DNA of 59,772 bases, from positions 1 to 59,772 of the IMG/VR virus record IMGVR_UViG_3300042319_001458; one strand, written 5' to 3'. Position numbers and translations under genes: made by a program. Source of the stretch: a virus (taxonomy: Duplodnaviria > Caudoviricetes). This document shows positions 19,182-27,975 of the stretch, piece after piece. The notes under the pieces were generated by a model. It saw nothing but the letters and a program-made list of their open reading frames with translations. It searched no databases and had not been told where the DNA came from. Every line of letters starts with the position of its first letter. The stretch's first letter is position 1.

Positions 19182-19415
19182 CTACTTGCGACCCCATCCG
19201 CATAGTTCCTTTCCGATCCGGTTGTGCTCTTTGGCTTCCCAGATCGTTGCGTCTGTGTCTTTTGAGCTCCAGTAAATGGGTTTTGCTGTTGCGCAAAATG
19301 TCGCCTGCTCGCTAATCGGGGCGTCTAAACCCGTCGTCGTCGCGCACCCCGCCAGGATTAAGCTGACGCTCGCGCTCAACAGCCAGACGGGCTTCAAGGG
19401 CTTTATGTGCCGCAT
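19182..19415 (-). CDS. o-spanin (Rz1-like lipoprotein)
   Basis: LILAG-C lipobox, FC..AKPIYWS..DT...EHN......CG; overlaps the i-spanin in another frame. Confidence 0.75.
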   Translation of the reverse strand: MRHIKPLKPVWLLSASVSLILAGCATTTGLDAPISEQATFCATAKPIYWSSKDTDATIWEAKEHNRIGKELCGWGRK

Positions 19416-19551
19416 CTATCTGCGCCTTTAAGTCTGCCACCTGTTGCTGCGTCTTACCTGCATCAACAAGGTTCTTGGCATAAAGCCAATCAAACATCTT
19501 ACCGGCAGCCGCAAATAGGCTGCCAATAACCGTCAGGATTGCGTAGATCAT
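19312..19551 (-). CDS. i-spanin (Rz-like)
   Basis: N-terminal TM helix plus periplasmic coiled coil, downstream of the endolysin. Confidence 0.7.
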   Translation of the reverse strand: MIYAILTVIGSLFAAAGKMFDWLYAKNLVDAGKTQQQVADLKAQIDAAHKALEARLAVERERQLNPGGVRDDDGFRRPD

Positions 19552-19718
19552 TTACCGACTACGTTAAAGTCTTTAGCGAAAACAAGACCGACGCCGATCA
19601 GCGCATTCTGAAGAGTTGGCCAATCAATGGTTTTAGTTTGCCAAGCTTGAATGCCGACCGTGATCAGTGCAAAAATGCCAGGGATAGTCGTAAGAAGATT
19701 TCTAAAAATACCGCTCAT
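19548..19718 (-). CDS. Small two-TM protein, holin candidate (56 aa, not in the ORF track)
   Basis: MSGIFRNLLTTIPGIFALITVGIQAWQTKTIDWPTLQNALIGVGLVFAKDFNVVGK; GGAG SD; ATGA-coupled to the i-spanin. Confidence 0.7.
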   Translation of the reverse strand: MSGIFRNLLTTIPGIFALITVGIQAWQTKTIDWPTLQNALIGVGLVFAKDFNVVGK

Positions 19719-19727
19719 TAGTCTCTC

Positions 19728-20231
19728 CTACTTAGTCAAAGCCAAAATTTGATTCTTTACATCAGCTATTCTTGCGGACCAGCCCTTGCCGAATGTTGAC
19801 CAAATCGACAGGCTTTGCATGAATGCAAGGCGCTTATTGGTCACGGCCATTGCGACGAAAGTCTTGGTGGCCTGTATCGTCTGAGGCCCAATCTGGCCAT
19901 CTTGCGTGACGCCAACTACTGCTTGCAGATATTTGGCCGCTCTTGATACGCCGCTATTCACTGCAAAATCGAACACAGCAAAATCAACGCCAGAGGGCAA
20001 ATCATCTCCAGAAATAGCATCCCAGTATTGCTGTTTATAAATTGCCGCCACAGCTGCATCGCTGATGTTGCGAACGCTTTGGGTTGGGAGACCATTTTTC
20101 TTTTGCCAAGCGTCATAGACCGCTTGCGTAATTCCTTTGTTAGTAGGGCCGCCCGGATCTTTCGGATGGTCGACATAGCCGCCCTCATACTTTAAAACTT
20201 GTTTAAGAGCTTGCGGATAATTTTCCTTCAT
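19728..20231 (-). CDS. Endolysin, glycoside hydrolase family 108
   Basis: EGGYVDHPKDPGGPTNKGIT catalytic motif, DFAVNSG, DG.IGP.T, FGKGWS.R. Confidence 0.92.
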   Translation of the reverse strand: MKENYPQALKQVLKYEGGYVDHPKDPGGPTNKGITQAVYDAWQKKNGLPTQSVRNISDAAVAAIYKQQYWDAISGDDLPSGVDFAVFDFAVNSGVSRAAKYLQAVVGVTQDGQIGPQTIQATKTFVAMAVTNKRLAFMQSLSIWSTFGKGWSARIADVKNQILALTK

Positions 20232-20461
20232 TTGTCGGCCTTATCGTCTAACTTATCGAATATTTTACCAAGCATTTCTTTTACTTCTTTCATAGCTTCG
20301 GCAAACTCATCCTTGCGCAAATAATGGCTTGGAAGCTCAACCTCAATCTTATGAATGTCTTCTTTAAGCTCTTTGACTGCTACCCATAACTCTCTGGCAA
20401 ACCATCCAAAAACAGCTATTGCCGCGCCAACGCCAAGGTTAAGGATATTTTGAAAGTCCAT
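20228..20461 (-). CDS. Single-TM lysis-module protein (holin/antiholin candidate)
   Basis: N-terminal TM helix then coiled coil ending KLDDKADK; ATGA-coupled to the endolysin. Confidence 0.7.
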   Translation of the reverse strand: MDFQNILNLGVGAAIAVFGWFARELWVAVKELKEDIHKIEVELPSHYLRKDEFAEAMKEVKEMLGKIFDKLDDKADK

Positions 20462-22194
20462 TATTCTTTCTCGCCCGTATACCACAGGAGATTCTCCTGT
20501 AGTCGCTTGTCGTCTGGATCAAGCTCACAGGCGAGCCTGCCCTGTTCTATCGCCGCTTCCTTCAGCCCAAGACGATACGCGGCAATTGCGGCGTGATCGT
20601 GCGGGAGGGCTCCCCAAGAAGATGGGTCAGTAGTATAAACTAATTCTTTATTTTTGATAGATAGGGCGCGCATCGCAGTCCCATAACTTTCCGCCCATTT
20701 GTTCTGTTCATAATATAATTTAGTCAGCGCCACCCAAGGCTCGCGCGTGTGTGGCGCTTCAGCAGCCGCCTTGTGATACCAGCCTTCAGCCGTCGCTTGA
20801 TCTCCAAGCGCCGCATAGCATTGGCCCAAGACGCGCATGGCGTAGCAGCGATCGTTGACCCAAGTCGCTTCTGGCATTTTCAGATAGCGGTTGAGCGCCT
20901 CAATCGCCTCTTCATAGCGGTTATAGAAATAGAGCTCACGCGCATAATAGAAGGCGTTTCGTGGGCAGTGTGGATCTTCTTTGACCGATAGCTCCAGCGT
21001 TTCCATATAATGACCCCTGCTTTTTGTGGGGTCAGGATGATGCGTTATGAGCAAAAAGTCAGTGTGCGCCCACACTTCGTTAATCCTCAGATCAGCCCTT
21101 ATGTGCTCATGGCAGGGATGGTGCCAGTAATAGCCGTGACGGGCGTGGATCTTTTCTGAGTAGAAAACGATCCCCAAGCTCCAATCAAACTTATAGCGTA
21201 AGTGCGTCGTCTCAGGCGTCCAAACGCGTTCTATTTCCTCCCGCCAGCCGGGTTCCATAACCTCATCCGCGTCAAGACAAATGCAGACGTCCATATCGCG
21301 AGGAATAAGAGCAAGAGAGGCATTACGCGCATGATCGAAGCGCCAAGGCGTAACGCAGATCTCATGAACGGTGACACCGTTTTCCTTTGCGATCTTTACT
21401 GTATCATCCGTTGATCCAGTATCGGCAATGAGCATCATGTCAGCATCTCGTGCTGAGTCGGCCCATCTTTTTATGAATTGATCTTCATTTTTTGTTATTG
21501 TGTAGACTGCGATCTTTAATTTCTTTTCCATCTTTTTTCTGGCCCCTTCTCCAAAAAATAGATCCAAATATTGTGGGCGGTTCTTTATCAGCCACGGCAT
21601 GGCGTCGTCATGCAGCTTCTGCGTGTTTTGTCCTAATGTCTGCGAGCCTGCGTGATGCACATAAGCGCGAGAAATATAATGCGTGTATCCTTTCGCATTT
21701 AAATCCTCGCACATGACGTCGTCGCTATACCATTCAATTGGCGGCAGGAATGTATCCTCATACATTTTTTTAGATAGATAATGGAATATTGGGCTTAGTC
21801 TTTTGATTGGGCGGCATTCATGCTCCCAAGACCATTTGCCATATTCTAATTTGTCTGATGGCGATTGCTGATAGCGTATATTTTGTGTGTAGCGCGTGAA
21901 GTCAGTGTGTGCCGCGACAAAGCCTAGTTTATCGCCGTGTATGGCTTTTAGATTTTCAATATCCTCACATAGCAAGCGATAGCTATCGGGCGTTAAAACC
22001 AGATCATCAGCGCAGACGATTACTTCATCATATTCTTGAAAAGCTATTTTAAGCGCAAAGTCATATGATTTGGCGGATGTCTCTTGCTTTGGGCTGTATA
22101 TTAGATGCGGGACATCAGGCGCGTATGCTTTGATGCTTGCCCGTAGAACGGGCAGACATTTTCCGTCCACTGTGCAAGTGACAATTGGAAGCAC
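20461..22194 (-). CDS. Glycosyltransferase: two GT-A/GT2 domains plus TPR repeats
   Basis: Domain 1 CADD...WYSDD...VHHAGSQT; domain 2 KNE, DTGSTDDT, FDHARN, LDADE; TPR-like helices at the C-terminus. Confidence 0.88.
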   Translation of the reverse strand: MLPIVTCTVDGKCLPVLRASIKAYAPDVPHLIYSPKQETSAKSYDFALKIAFQEYDEVIVCADDLVLTPDSYRLLCEDIENLKAIHGDKLGFVAAHTDFTRYTQNIRYQQSPSDKLEYGKWSWEHECRPIKRLSPIFHYLSKKMYEDTFLPPIEWYSDDVMCEDLNAKGYTHYISRAYVHHAGSQTLGQNTQKLHDDAMPWLIKNRPQYLDLFFGEGARKKMEKKLKIAVYTITKNEDQFIKRWADSARDADMMLIADTGSTDDTVKIAKENGVTVHEICVTPWRFDHARNASLALIPRDMDVCICLDADEVMEPGWREEIERVWTPETTHLRYKFDWSLGIVFYSEKIHARHGYYWHHPCHEHIRADLRINEVWAHTDFLLITHHPDPTKSRGHYMETLELSVKEDPHCPRNAFYYARELYFYNRYEEAIEALNRYLKMPEATWVNDRCYAMRVLGQCYAALGDQATAEGWYHKAAAEAPHTREPWVALTKLYYEQNKWAESYGTAMRALSIKNKELVYTTDPSSWGALPHDHAAIAAYRLGLKEAAIEQGRLACELDPDDKRLQENLLWYTGEKE

Positions 22195-22221
22195 ATTCTC
22201 CCCCTTCTGAGAATGTTGATA

Positions 22222-23910
22222 TTAATTGAACTTGATGATGACTACGCCAGAGCCGCCGATGCCGCCGTTGTAGGCACCAGAAGCCCCGCCACCACCACCG
22301 CCTCCTGTGTTTGCTGTGCCGGATACACCATTGGTTGATGTTCCATTTCCGCCACCACCTGATCCACCCAAACCACCAGAAGCAGTTCCTCCACCACCAC
22401 CGCCGCCAGCATAAGTAACAGATGGCCCAGTAATTGTAGAAGCCTGTCCTGCGCCACCTGCGCCACCAACATTACCCGGCGCAGGAGCCGTTGCTCCAGC
22501 TGCGAAGGCTCCACCGCCACCGCCGCCGTTTACATAAGCATTAGGATTAGTTGCTACTGTGTTGCCACCAGTAAAACCTTGATATGCAACAGCTGGAGCA
22601 CCGTTGCCACCAGCAGATGGCGCAGGAGGCGTATTACCAGCACCGCCAGTATAAACAGTCGTTTGAAAATTATTTACTCCACCGCCGCCGCCAGACCCGC
22701 CTGCTGTTCCGTTTTGATTAGATCCACCCCCACCACCGCCGCCAGCTGATGTGATTGCTGGAGAAAATCCGCCGGGGCCAGAAATAGAGGAGCTTCCGCC
22801 TGCGCTTCCGCCGCCACCGCCTGCACCCAAAGCGCCGCCAGCGCCGACCGTAATAGTATAAGAAGATCCAGCCGTTACAGCTGCGGCAGTTCCCGTTCTA
22901 AACCCGCCTGCTCCACCGCCGCCCCATCCTCCTCCACCACCACCAGCGACAACAAGGTAATCAATTGATGTGCAGCCAGCAGGTATCGTCACCGTTCCCG
23001 ATGAATAGAAAATGGCGACGTTGTTTGAAATTGGTTGCTGATATGAAAGTATGACTATGCCGGAGCCGCCGTTACCGCCATTAAATGCCGTTCCTCCGTT
23101 ATTACCGCCGCCGCCGCCGCCGCCGCCAGTATTAACACTGCCAACAGACCCGGCAGATCCGGCAGATCCACCTGCTCCGCCGCCGCCTGACCCCCCTGAC
23201 CCAGCCGTGCCAGATATATAAATGCCGCCACCGCCACCGCCCGCATAAGTTGTAGGTGTTCCTGATATAGATGACGAAGATCCATCGCCACCATTGCCGG
23301 TGCCTGTTGTTTTACCAACCGCACCAACTGTGCCCATGCCACCACCACCGCCGCCTGTGCCGCCAGCCGCTCCAGTGCCGCTATTACCTCCTGCTTTGCC
23401 TGCGCCTGTAGCAGATCCTCCAGTGCCACCGCCACCGCCTGCACCGCCGCCAGAACCACCGCTACGGCCATTCAAATTAGTAGAATAAGCACCGCCGCCG
23501 CCGCCGCCTATTGATGTTACAGAAGAAAAAACACATGAGCCGCCGTCTGTGCCAGCGGCATTTGTTGTCGCTCCACCGGCACCCCCGGCGTTTATAGTTA
23601 CTGTATAAGGTGTTCCGGCGCTAACGGATAAAGATCCGCTTTTCATTTCACCTGAACCGCCGCCGCCGCCGACGTTATTTCCGCCGCCGCCGCCGCTCCC
23701 CACAACTAAATAATCAACCGTTGAAACGCCTGTGGGGCAAACCCAATTGCCTGAAGCAGTAAATGACTGAATAATAGTCGCAGTCGGCAAAGGCCAAATT
23801 CCTTGGCTGCGATAAATTTGCTGCGCCAATAAAGACCAAACGCCGGATGCAACAGTTGTTGTTGGCGTATTGTTAGGGCCAAGAACGCCGCCGTTCAGTC
23901 TGCGTGACAT
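22222..23910 (-). CDS. Glycine-rich domain fibre/adhesin protein (two repeats), paralogue 3
   Basis: Two DYLVV(G/A)xGGGGG...GGSG(I/V)VI units. Confidence 0.85.
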   Translation of the reverse strand: MSRRLNGGVLGPNNTPTTTVASGVWSLLAQQIYRSQGIWPLPTATIIQSFTASGNWVCPTGVSTVDYLVVGSGGGGGNNVGGGGGSGEMKSGSLSVSAGTPYTVTINAGGAGGATTNAAGTDGGSCVFSSVTSIGGGGGGAYSTNLNGRSGGSGGGAGGGGGTGGSATGAGKAGGNSGTGAAGGTGGGGGGMGTVGAVGKTTGTGNGGDGSSSSISGTPTTYAGGGGGGIYISGTAGSGGSGGGGAGGSAGSAGSVGSVNTGGGGGGGGNNGGTAFNGGNGGSGIVILSYQQPISNNVAIFYSSGTVTIPAGCTSIDYLVVAGGGGGGWGGGGAGGFRTGTAAAVTAGSSYTITVGAGGALGAGGGGGSAGGSSSISGPGGFSPAITSAGGGGGGGSNQNGTAGGSGGGGGVNNFQTTVYTGGAGNTPPAPSAGGNGAPAVAYQGFTGGNTVATNPNAYVNGGGGGGAFAAGATAPAPGNVGGAGGAGQASTITGPSVTYAGGGGGGGTASGGLGGSGGGGNGTSTNGVSGTANTGGGGGGGASGAYNGGIGGSGVVIIKFN

Positions 23911-24299
23911 TAGGAAATGTCCTCATAAGAAACAGTGTAGGAGATTGCGCTGCCGGTTCCTGATGTCACAGATATGCAGGCGTTTTCCATCAAATAAATG
24001 CCGTTAGTTTTTTCAATAACAACTAATGAAGCATTGGCAGGAACAGTAACGGCTGTGCAAATTGGATACGCAGTTCCACCAGATGGCGCACTACCTTGCA
24101 CCGTTGCATTTGAGTAATACGAAACTGTGGTAGTTGCTGCTGAACCTGTATTATTCGAAGCAACTAAGCTTTCGATTTTAAAAACCTTGCCAGAAGACGC
24201 GGCATTATTCAGCAACGAAACTGCGCTTGTGCCGCTGGGCGTAAGGTAAGTTGTAACGCCAAGAATAGTCGTGACGTTAACAATATTAGGATTGGCCAT
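23910..24299 (-). CDS. Virion structural protein (fibre adaptor-like)
   Basis: MANPNIVNVTTI...VPANASL...YL.E...SYEDIS. Confidence 0.75.
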   Translation of the reverse strand: MANPNIVNVTTILGVTTYLTPSGTSAVSLLNNAASSGKVFKIESLVASNNTGSAATTTVSYYSNATVQGSAPSGGTAYPICTAVTVPANASLVVIEKTNGIYLMENACISVTSGTGSAISYTVSYEDIS

Positions 24300-24300
24300 T

Positions 24301-24507
24301 TTATCCTCCGAAGACTATCGACATCGCCACGGAGAAGCCGGTCGTGGAGACGGTTCCGGTAGCAGCCGGAAGTGTGAGCGTGTTTGTTCCAGCAACAGCC
24401 GGGGCTTTTACTGCTACCGTGCCGCTAGAAGAGCCGTTAAAATTGACGACAGCCGTCGCAGTTGCAGGAAGATCAACGCCCGTAGTTCCATTTAACGTAA
24501 GAGGCAT
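24301..24507 (-). CDS. Small fibre-shaft protein
   Basis: GSSSG.V...APAVAGTNTLTLPA repeat shared with 27305-27919. Confidence 0.7.
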   Translation of the reverse strand: MPLTLNGTTGVDLPATATAVVNFNGSSSGTVAVKAPAVAGTNTLTLPAATGTVSTTGFSVAMSIVFGG

Positions 24508-24509
24508 AA

Positions 24510-24884
24510 TTATGCTCCCGGTTGTGGCTCAACTAACTGCCATGACAACGTGCCTTCATTCCAAGAATAAACCTTGCCATCCGTTGGATAAGGAACAGGC
24601 GCTTCCCAATCAACCGTCACTGGGCTTAAAACCCAAGAAGGATAAGGCTTCGGCGGAATAAACGCGTCAAGCGTGAAATCGTAGGTATAACCAATACCCG
24701 CATATCGAACGCGGAAATTGCCGTTATAGCTTGTTTGCTTCCAGTTGCCGCCAAACAGGCGTTGGCAGAAAGCAATGCCAATGCTCTCCACTTCTGTGCC
24801 ATCAGGCGTTGAAGTATCGGCATTAGAGACGACGATCACGCGAAGAACGACGTCGTTGTTATCAAGTTCAGCAAAATGCGCCAT
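24510..24884 (-). CDS. Conserved phage tail-associated protein
   Basis: MAHFAEL...WKQTSYNGNFR..YAGIGYTYD...DAFIPPKPYPSW. Confidence 0.8.
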   Translation of the reverse strand: MAHFAELDNNDVVLRVIVVSNADTSTPDGTEVESIGIAFCQRLFGGNWKQTSYNGNFRVRYAGIGYTYDFTLDAFIPPKPYPSWVLSPVTVDWEAPVPYPTDGKVYSWNEGTLSWQLVEPQPGA

Positions 24885-24885
24885 G

Positions 24886-25494
24886 TTACTTTCCTAAATA
24901 AAGTGCGGTTAGTTCGTCTTCGTCCCCGACATGCCCGACAGGGAAGGTGTTAAAAGCTATGCTGATCCTTGTATCTTCTCCGCCTACTGGCTGAACCATA
25001 TGGGTCAATTCAGACGGGAAAAGAACAATGTCGCCAGTTCCTACAGGATACCACCAACTCTCAGAATTGTAACTATTCCACTCGACAGGCGGGAACTTAA
25101 TTCTCTGATAGCCATCTTTGTAGAAGAAGATTTTGTCGCTTTCCTTATCAGCATTCACATAATAGCAGCCGCTGATAAGCGAATTAGGGTGTGCATGCTT
25201 ATGGTGAAACTGCCCCGGCTTGGTCCAGTTCAGCCATGATTGCGTGATCCGCAGGCGAACATCGTTCTTCGGGCAGATCGTCGCCATGAGATATTCATGG
25301 ACGCATTTCTCAATAAATGTTGTGAGATTTGCGATCTTCTTCTGCTTCAAAATATACTTATCGACGCTGCTTGTATTGCCATCATTGGGCCGCTGTTCCT
25401 GATTTACCAGAAAGTCTTTCTGCGCCTCAGTCAGGCCCTCTTCATATTTAAAAAAGCCAATTGGCGTTGGGTAGAGGTTCTCAATTATCACCAA
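24886..25494 (-). CDS. 2OG-Fe(II) oxygenase (TIGR02466-like)
   Basis: SWLN...HxHxHPNS.ISG.YY...LFPS.L.H.V...RISIAFN. Confidence 0.85.
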   Translation of the reverse strand: MVIIENLYPTPIGFFKYEEGLTEAQKDFLVNQEQRPNDGNTSSVDKYILKQKKIANLTTFIEKCVHEYLMATICPKNDVRLRITQSWLNWTKPGQFHHKHAHPNSLISGCYYVNADKESDKIFFYKDGYQRIKFPPVEWNSYNSESWWYPVGTGDIVLFPSELTHMVQPVGGEDTRISIAFNTFPVGHVGDEDELTALYLGK

Positions 25495-25753
25495 GAGCCT
25501 CCTCTAATTCAGCATATTTAATACCCATTTCCTCTAGCTGCTTTTCAGTCCAGATTGTTGGGATGCTGTCCTCAAACGCCTTGATCTTTTCAATCGTTTC
25601 GTAAACTTCCTCAATCGTCGGGCAAGGACGATCATCCTCCCAGCGCGTAAACTGATTATTGCTGATTTCCCAAGCAGCGCCGGGACGCAATAAATGCATG
25701 GCCGTATCAATACCCATTAGCCTATATATCTTCGCATTCTCTGGTTTTTTCAT
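25481..25753 (-). CDS. Small tail-associated protein (XkdW-like)
   Basis: LRPGA.W......W.D.RP.PT.EE. Confidence 0.65.
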   Translation of the reverse strand: MKKPENAKIYRLMGIDTAMHLLRPGAAWEISNNQFTRWEDDRPCPTIEEVYETIEKIKAFEDSIPTIWTEKQLEEMGIKYAELEEALGDN

Positions 25754-25775
25754 CTTTTGAGACCCCTTCTTCTCA

Positions 25776-27305
25776 TTAGTTGAATTTGATAATTACGATT
25801 CCGGAGCCGCCTGCGCCACCTGGAGTATAGGCGCCAGGATAGCTCCCGCCACCGCCGCCGCTGCCAGTGTTTACTGTTCCCACGCCACCGGGAGCCGCTC
25901 CATTACCGCCGCCACCCGATCCTCCAGTGCCTGGCGTTCCTGCGCCTGCACCGCCGCCGCCGCCAGCCAACGTGCCTGCAAGAGGGCTTACGCTTGAACC
26001 AGCACCGCCATTTGGTGGACCTGGGCTGCCTGGTGATCCAGCGCCGCCAGCGCCACCGCCGCCACCGCCAGTTGAGGCACTAAGGCCACCTCCGCCATTA
26101 TTGCCTTGCGATGGCGTTGTTGCAGGCGTATTGCCTGCGCCAAAGTTACCCGCAGAGACATCGCCACCGCCGCCAGAGCCCCCGGCTATACCTAAATAGT
26201 TTGTTCCGTCAGACGCTCCGCCGCCGCCACCCGCAGATGTAATTGTTGAAAATGTCGATGAACTGCCGGGCGTTCCCTTAACTGAATAAGAGCCACCAGA
26301 GCCGCCAGCGCCTACAGTTACAGTGTAAGAAGTTCCAGCAGTTACTGACAACCCAGAGCCGTATCTATATCCACCGGCTCCGCCGCCGCCGCCGTATGAT
26401 CCGCCGCCACCGCCGCCAGCAACAACAAGATAATCAACCGATGTGCAGCCTGTAGGTGCTACAAATTGAGATGTAGATTTGAATGTAACCGATGTGCCTT
26501 TGGCGATTGAATAGGAGAGAATTACAATTCCAGAGCCGCCAGCGCCGCCGTTTGCAGGAACGCCGGATTGATTTCCTCCGCCACCGCCGCCGCCTGTATT
26601 CGCGGCTCCAGCAGTGCCTGGATTCCCCCCAGCGCCTCCTCCTCCAGACCCGCCAGCCCCAGAAGAAGTTCCAGGCAATGTTCCGCCACCACCGCCGCCT
26701 GCGTATGGTGTTCCGCTGTAAGCAGTTCCAGCGCCTCCAGCGCCTCCTACGGAGCCCGTTCCGGTGCCGCCACCTGCCGAAGCGCCGCCGCCGCCGCCGC
26801 CGCCATAATTAGGAGCCGCTCCAGTAGTCCCACCCCCAGCACTCCCCTGGGATGGTGTTGTTGATGGAGTATTCCCAGCCCCGCCAGATGTTGCGGAGCC
26901 AAGAACAGCACCGCCACCGCCAGATCCACCAGCAGAACCATTTGGTTGGCCTGTGTAAGCTCCGGCCTTTCCACCGCCTGCTGATGTAATAGAAGAAAAA
27001 GTGGATGCTGACCCATCTCCACCTAAATAAGGACCGCCACCACCAAAATATCCTCCACCTGAACCTGCTGCCCCAACCGTTACTGTATATGTGGTGCCTG
27101 CCGTAACAGCCAATCCAGTGCCAGCACGAAAGCCGCCAGCACCACCACCACCACTGGAAAAACCGCCACCGCCACCGCCAGCAACGACAAGATAATCGAC
27201 GCTTGTTACACCTGTAGGTGCAACCCAGCTGCCAGAGGCGAGGAAATTCTCAATAATTGTGTAGCCGCTGCTGCTGGCCAGAAAGAAATTAAGCGAGGAA
27301 AACAT
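25776..27305 (-). CDS. Glycine-rich domain fibre/adhesin protein (two repeats), paralogue 2
   Basis: Start MFSSLNFFLA at 27305; two DYLVVAGGGGGG...GGSGIVI units. Confidence 0.85.
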   Translation of the reverse strand: MFSSLNFFLASSSGYTIIENFLASGSWVAPTGVTSVDYLVVAGGGGGGFSSGGGGAGGFRAGTGLAVTAGTTYTVTVGAAGSGGGYFGGGGPYLGGDGSASTFSSITSAGGGKAGAYTGQPNGSAGGSGGGGAVLGSATSGGAGNTPSTTPSQGSAGGGTTGAAPNYGGGGGGGASAGGGTGTGSVGGAGGAGTAYSGTPYAGGGGGGTLPGTSSGAGGSGGGGAGGNPGTAGAANTGGGGGGGNQSGVPANGGAGGSGIVILSYSIAKGTSVTFKSTSQFVAPTGCTSVDYLVVAGGGGGGSYGGGGGAGGYRYGSGLSVTAGTSYTVTVGAGGSGGSYSVKGTPGSSSTFSTITSAGGGGGASDGTNYLGIAGGSGGGGDVSAGNFGAGNTPATTPSQGNNGGGGLSASTGGGGGGAGGAGSPGSPGPPNGGAGSSVSPLAGTLAGGGGGAGAGTPGTGGSGGGGNGAAPGGVGTVNTGSGGGGGSYPGAYTPGGAGGSGIVIIKFN

Positions 27306-27919
27306 TAGGGGGTATATCCCTGTGCCGCAGATCCATACCAATTTGTGCCATCAGCAACAAATGTGAAGATATCCATCTTGCCAGCTGTAGCTGTTACCGT
27401 TGGCGTTCCAGCCGTCCCCCATTTTACCGTTGACCATGTGATCGCGCCATTACCTGTTGATGCAGCTTGGCGCACAAGCAAGAGAAACGATTTACCGGCA
27501 GTCGCTGTTGGCATCGTTACTGTGCAAGTCGTTGATGCCGTAAGCGTCAATGTTTGCACAGTTCCATTTGAAAGCGTAGGAGAAGCCGTCGTCGTAACGG
27601 TTCCGATATTATAATAGGTCTCAATATAATCAGTAATTGTTGGATTAGTTATTGCAGGAGCGGAAGACGTTATCAGTGTGCCTGTTACGGCAGGAAGCGT
27701 TAACGTGTTCGTCCCGGCGATTGCCGTCGCCTGCAAGGTTATGGTGCCGCTTGTGGAGCCAATAAATTTGGCTGAAGCGGTGCCGCCCGTCATAGTCGTT
27801 GTGCCAGTGACCGTTAAGCCGCTGCCAATTACAACATTACCACTGGCGTCAAGCGACAGGTTCGCCGCGCCGGTGTTTGCGGCATTCGTGATCGTATCGC
27901 ATTTTACTGTTGCAACCAT
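27305..27919 (-). CDS. Tail fibre shaft/adaptor protein
   Basis: T-rich; NGTVQTLTLT...W..VKW..GTP......DI..F..DGTNWYG C-terminal module. Confidence 0.75.
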   Translation of the reverse strand: MVATVKCDTITNAANTGAANLSLDASGNVVIGSGLTVTGTTTMTGGTASAKFIGSTSGTITLQATAIAGTNTLTLPAVTGTLITSSAPAITNPTITDYIETYYNIGTVTTTASPTLSNGTVQTLTLTASTTCTVTMPTATAGKSFLLLVRQAASTGNGAITWSTVKWGTAGTPTVTATAGKMDIFTFVADGTNWYGSAAQGYTP

Positions 27920-27975
27920 TGCAGACCTCTAGAAAATTTTAACAGCTATGCGCCGATTGAGCCACTTATTTCTTG

